In this document: positions 56,848 to 64,000 of the stretch, piece after piece
Layout: each line of letters opens with the position of its first letter
Numbering within the stretch: the first letter of the stretch is position 1
DNA from: the human T2T-CHM13v2.0 reference genome, Homo sapiens
DNA: 64,000 nt
Direction: 5' to 3' (one strand)
Assembly (NCBI RefSeq): GCF_009914755.1
Contig: NC_060948.1
The notes under the pieces: generated by a model
What the model saw: only the letters and a program-made list of their open reading frames with translations
What the model was told of the DNA's origin: nothing
Databases searched by the model: none
Translations under genes and position numbers: made by a program

Positions 56848-57151
56848 GGCCGGGCATGGTGGCTCATGCCTATAATCCCAGTACTTTGGATGTGGGTGGA
56901 TCACAAGGTCAGGAGATCAAGATCATCCTGGCTAATACAGTGAAACCCTGTCTCAACTAAAAAAAAAAAATAAAAAAATACAAAAAAGTAGCCAGGATTG
57001 GTGGCAGGCAACTGTCAGTACCAGCTACTTGGGAGTCTGAGGCAGGAGAATGGCATGAATCTGGGAGGTGGAGCTAGCAGTGAGCCAAGATGACAACACT
57101 GCACTCCAGCCTGGGTGACAGAACGAGACTCCATCTCAAAAAAAAAGAAAA
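56848..57151 (+). mobile_element. AluY/Sc-like
   Basis: GGAGATCAAGA.CATCCTGGCTAA and GAGAATGGCATGAA diagnostics. Confidence 0.93.
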
Positions 57152-57731
57152 AAAATCCATATTTTTATGACAACTGATTCATACATTAATTTTGGTAGAG
57201 GTGGCATTTTCATGATATATAATTTAAGCATTTGAGAATAAAACATATACTTCTATTTGTTTGGGTATTCTGTGTCCCAGTTTAATTTAATATATTTCTT
57301 CCCAGGGTCATTTTTATTATATGCACTGCTAAGTTTTTTTAAAAAATTACTGAATTATCAACAGAATGTTCCCATATTTCTTTCTAGGTTCTTATTGCAG
57401 CATGTAAAAAAACCTGATAATTTTTATTTATTTACTTTCTATTCAGCAATGTTACCAAATTAGTCTATTTTTCTAACAGGCTTTAATAGATTTTCTCAGG
57501 TAAGCATTTATGCTATCAGCAAAAGTGCTCCAATTTTATGTTCTTTTCCAATAGTTATCACAATGTTCATTTACTCATTTCACTGCATTTACCACAATCT
57601 TCCAGAAGTCACTGGATAATAACAGAAATAAAAGGCATTCCCATATGCCCTCTGATTTTTCTTGAAATTACTTTTCTTGAATTTGCTTTTTGTGTTTTAG
57701 GCTGCAGTTGATATTCGTCTTAGAAAAGCAC

Positions 57732-58037
57732 TTTTTTTTTTTATTTGTTTCATTTGAGACTGTTTCTTGCTTTGGTGCCCACGTTGGAGTACAGTGGTGT
57801 GATCCCAGCTCACAGCAGACTCAACATCCTGGGGTCAAGCAATCCTCCTATCTCAGCCTCTTTACTATGTGGAGCTATAGGCATGTGCCACCACACTCAG
57901 CTAATTTTGATTAATTTTTGTAAAGGTGGAATTTTGCCATGTTGCCCAGGCTGCTCCCAAATACCTGGTCTCAAGCAATCCTCCAAACTGAGTCTCCCAA
58001 AGAGCTGGGATTATAGGCACAAGCCATGCACATAGCT
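57732..58037 (-). mobile_element. AluJ (diverged)
   Basis: Dimer with TCAAGCAATCCTCC in both arms. Confidence 0.88.
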
Positions 58038-58066
58038 GAGATGCTTTTCTTATTTGTGTGTTTGTT

Positions 58067-58122
58067 AAAATGTCTTATCCTTTTTAAAATGTCTTATCCT
58101 TTTTAAAATGTCTTATCCTTTT
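58067..58122. repeat. 19-bp tandem repeat x3 (AAAATGTCTTATCCTTTTT)
   Basis: Copies start at 58067, 58086 and 58105. Confidence 0.95.
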
Positions 58123-58469
58123 CTTCTTACTATTTTAGATTCAGTTATAATTCTTCAGTGCCTATTGATGGACTCACACACTTGTCTTTCATTGGTTGAA
58201 TTAATGGATTATATTGACAGATTTTCTAACATAGTGCATTTTTCTAATGCATTGTAATTTTTGCAGCTACTCTTCTTAACCACATAGAGTGTCATTCCAT
58301 GCTATGATACTAGATTTTAAACAAGTTTCAAAGGCACCAATATCATTAGGAAGATTGAATTATATTTACCTACACTAAAATCATTATTTTGTATCAAAAA
58401 TGAATATATGCTTTATGTAGAAAGTACCGTATTTCATATATTAACTCATTTTATTCTAAAAAGTAGTCA

Positions 58470-59030
<561 letters not shown>

Positions 59031-59859
59031 GTCAAAAAACAGTCATAAAATGGCTAGTTTACCTCTCAATCTGTGGAGTGGTAAAACCTCCCTGGATGTC
59101 TCAGTGCTTCTGTGAGATGACTTAGCCTTTCTTAGAAAAATGTTTGCTTTCATTTCCGTTTGAAGCATCTCCTCATACTGTGAGAACTGGATAAGCAGCC
59201 ATGTATCTAGTTAATTTCTCTTATTGGAAATCATAATAAAACTTCTTATTTCCCCAAAGCCAAATGCTAACAGCTCTCACTTGTTCTTAGGCTAAGTGCC
59301 TAGAAACTTGTCAGACTGGTGCAAGTACCCAAGTACCCAAGTAGGTATTTAGATTTCAAGGAGGAAAACACCCAGATGTTGGCAGCATCTCTAGGTGATA
59401 AAAAACACAGGCTCCTTCAGCTTCTGGAGAGGTTTTATTTTATATTTCAAAGGGCTGGAGAAAGGAGGTGATCCCTTCAGCAGCAAAGGGACATCTCCTT
59501 CCTTTTCTTTTATAAACAGTTTAAAAAATTTTTTATCTCTCAACCTAAGAAGTGTGTTAGGTTGCTTGCTTAAGACAATTGACCTGGTTCTCATTGTATT
59601 TCCCCAGGATAAAGACTAGCAGAGAGATTGAGAACACTCTTCTTATGTGCTGTGTGGTTTTGTGGTTTTTAATAAAAAAATCTATCTCTGAACCAGAACA
59701 TCTTGTGTGCACATTCAGAATAAAATTCATAAAGATGAATAACTAAAGCCTAATGCATCCCCTTTCTTGTTAACCAATGAAGATGCTAAAATTCATGCTG
59801 CTAGATGCAAAGCTAGCTGGAACCTACAACTTGTATTCATCATATTTCTATAGTGTACT

Positions 59860-60822
<963 letters not shown>

Positions 60823-61455
60823 TCCTCATCAAATAAATTAGTGGGCTCCGTATTATTTCTGTGGAATGAAAGAGTTTAATATCAAGATTTATGGTTTTTT
60901 ATTTGAATATGAGTTGCAATTCAGCTGTAAAAAGGCCTATTTCTGTTGCATATTTCAATGGTAGATCTCTAGTGGGCTTGACATTTATTTCCATGAAAAC
61001 CAGCCAACTTTGTTTTCTCAATTTTGTTCCATCAAACTTAGTAATTTTTATTTCCCACAAAATCTTCTGCTGCTTCTGTTTGCAAATTAAGTGTAATAGA
61101 TTTTCATGTAATTTTTTTATCATTGGTATCCATTTCTTTAAATTCCCCTGTGTCTGATGTAAGCCCCCCCTTTTTTTAATAATGTAATCTTGCTATTTGT
61201 TTCTTCACAATCCATCAGACTCACAGAGACTTTATCTGTTTTATTTCATTGCAAAATTTTAAGAAACTATCTTGGGTGGTAGGTATGATTTTTATTTTCC
61301 ATTCCATTAATTTCATCTTCAATCTTTATTATCATTTTTCTATTCAATTTTATCTTATTTTGTTCTTTATTCAAATAAATACTTAGTTTGTTTGCTTCTC
61401 TCATTTCTTTTAGATAATATAGACATTTGAGGCTGTGTTTTCCTTTGAGTGCTCT

Positions 61456-61808
61456 TAAAACTGCTTTTGGAAAAATTGTAACAGTGAGAAAATTATGACA
61501 GCGAAAGGGATCTACTGTAATGGACTCCATCTTCCTTGTAAAAGCCAAGCTGCCCTTGTTCATTCCCAGGCATCTGAACTAACTTTGGAAGGAACTTAGT
61601 TTATAGTTTAACTGTGACAAAGATAACAGCCCTTTCCCAAAGCAAACTACCATCTTGCCTGGAGACAAGACTTCCTTTTTAGGATGAATAAGTTAAGCCC
61701 AAAATTAGAAATTATGTTTTAGGACTCATGAAGCCAGAAGCCACAATATTCTAATCCTTTCTGGTTACTCCTAAGAATAGCATCACTATTGTAAAACCTA
61801 AGATTCAA
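61456..61808 (+). mobile_element. LTR8-type LTR, 5' half (interrupted by L1)
   Basis: AATTATGACAG.GAAAG.GATCT...GACTCCATCTT...CTTGTTCATTCC...GAACTAACTTTGG. Confidence 0.82.
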
Positions 61809-64000
61809 GGATTCCTGGCAAGATGGCCAAATAGGAACAGCTCTGATCTGCAGTTCCCAGTGAGATTAACACAGAAGGCTGGTGATTTCTGCATTTCCAA
61901 CTGTGGTACCTGGTTCCTCTCACTGGGACTTGTTGGACAAGTGTGTACAGCCCAAGGAGAGTGAACTGAAGCAGGATGGGGCATCGCCTCACCTGGGAAG
62001 TTCAAGAGGTTGGCGAACTCCCTCTCCTAGCCAAGGGAAGCAATTAGGGATGGTACTGTGCACTTCCGCCCAGATATTGCACATTTCCCACCATCTTCAC
62101 AAGCTGCAGATCAGGAGAATCCCTTCAGTGCCTATTCCTCTAGGGGCCTGGGTTTGCGGCATAAAACTAGGAAGCTGTTTGGGTAGATAACAAACAATCC
62201 ACAGGAGTTTGTTTTCATACCCCACTGGCACCTGGGATGCCAGTGGAAAAGAACTGTTCACTCCCCTGGAAAGGGGGCTGAAGCCAGGGAGCCAAATGGT
62301 CTGGCTCAGTGGGTCACAGCCCCATGGAGCCCAGCAAGCTAAGATGCACTGGCTTGACATTCTTGCACCAGCACACCAGTCTGAGTTCAACTTGGGATGC
62401 TCAAGCTTGGGGGTGGGGAGGGGCATCTGCCTTTGCTGAAGCTTGGGTAGACAGCTTCACCCTCACAATGTAAACAAAGCTGCAGGCAATTTCAAATTGG
62501 GCACAGCCCACAGAGGCTAGGCAAGGCCACTGGAACAAGACTGCCTTTCTAGATTCCCTCCCATTGGGACAGGGATCTCTGGAAAAAAGGCAGCAACCTT
62601 AGTCAGAGGCTTATAGATAAAACACATCCCTGGGACAGAGGACCTGGGGAAAGGGGAAGTTGTGGGAACAGCTTCAGCAGACTTAAACATCCCTGCCTGG
62701 CCATTCTGAAGACATTAGGGGATCTTCCAGACATCGTTCACTAACTGATAAGGAACAGTCTGCCTCCTCATGTGGGTCCCTGATCCCCATGTATCCTGAG
62801 AGGGAGACACCTCTCAGTAGGTGCCAACAGACACATCATACAGGAGAGCTCTAGCTGTCATCTGGTGGGTGCCCCTCTGGGATGACACTTCCAGGGGGAA
62901 GAACAGGCAGCAATCTTTGCTGTTCCCCAGGCTCTGCAAGTGATACCAGAGCAAACATGGTATGGAGTGGACCTCCAGCAAGCTCCAGTAGACCTGCAGC
63001 AGAGGGGCCTGACTGTTAGAAGGAAAACTAACAAACAGAAATGAATAGTATCAACACCAACAAAGGACATCCACTCAGAGACCCAATCAGAAGGTCACTG
63101 ACTTCAAAGGCCAAAGATAAATAAATCCAGGAAGATTGGGAGAAAACAGTGCAAAAAGCCTGAAATTTCCAAAAGCAGAATGGTTTTTATCCTCCAAAGG
63201 ATCACGACTGCTCACCAGCAAGGGAACAAAACTGGATGGGGAAGGAGTTTGATGAATTGACAGAGTAGGGTTCAGAAGGTGGGTAATAACAAATTCATCC
63301 AAGCTAAAGGAGCATGTTCTAACCCAATGCAAGGAAGCTAGGAACATTGAAAAGAGGTTAGACAAATTGCTAACTAGAATAACCAGTTTAGAGAAGAAAA
63401 TAAATGACCTGATGGAGCTGAAAAACACAGAATGAGAACTTCATGAAGTATACATAATTATCAGTAATCAAATTGATCAAGCAGAAGAAAGGATATAAGA
63501 GATTAAAGATCAACTTAACGAAACAAAATGGGAAGACAAGATTAGAGAAAAAAGACTGAAAAGAAACCAACAAAGCCTCCAAGAAATATGGGGCTACGTG
63601 AAAAGACTAAACCTACATTTGATGGGTCTACCTGAAAGTAACGGGGAGAATGGAACCAAGTTGGAAAACACTCTTCAGGATATTATCCAGGAGAACTTCC
63701 CCAACCAAGCAACGCAGGCCAACATTTGAATTCAGGAAATACAGAGAACACCACAAAAATAATCCTTGAGAGGAGCAACCCCAAGACACATAATTGTCAG
63801 ATTCACCAAGGTTGAAATGAAGGAAAAAATGTTAAGGGCAGCCAGAGAGAAAGGTCGGGTTACTCCCAAAGGGAAGCCCATCAGACTAACAGCAAATCTC
63901 TCAGGAGAAACCCTATAAGACAGAAAAGAGTAGGGGCCAATATTCAACATTCTTACAAGAGCTCGTGAAGGAAGCACTAAACATGGAAAGGAACAACCGG
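61809..64000 (+). mobile_element. Older L1PA (about PA7-10) 5'UTR and decayed ORF1, continuing beyond the window
   Basis: GGCAAGATGGCCAAATAGGAACAGCTC 5' end; ORF1 start codon mutated (~63135), stops, ~125-bp deletion at ~63955. Confidence 0.92.

Overview
Primate (hominoid-type) nuclear DNA that is mostly transposable-element relics. It holds four long plus-strand LINE-1 regions (an L1PA3 nested inside an L1PA3/4, an L1PA2, a rearranged L1PA7/8 and a second older L1 running off the window end), about 20 Alus, many solo LTRs (LTR8, MER57, MER41A/B, MER4, LTR10, MER11, THE1, MLT1), a few DNA-transposon fossils and microsatellites. I see no host protein-coding gene, RNA gene or CRISPR array. The long ORFs in the track are broken L1 ORF1/ORF2 pieces, or chance frames in Alu, LTR and AT-rich DNA. 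I did not find a convincing new biological system. The notable signals are structural: nested insertions that can be ordered from target-site duplications (TSDs), an open antisense ORF0 in an otherwise dead L1, L1 5'UTRs from before and after the ZNF93-escape deletion, and several templated-insertion or fold-back repair scars. Subfamily names come from remembered consensus diagnostics, not a database search, and element edges are approximate to a few bases.
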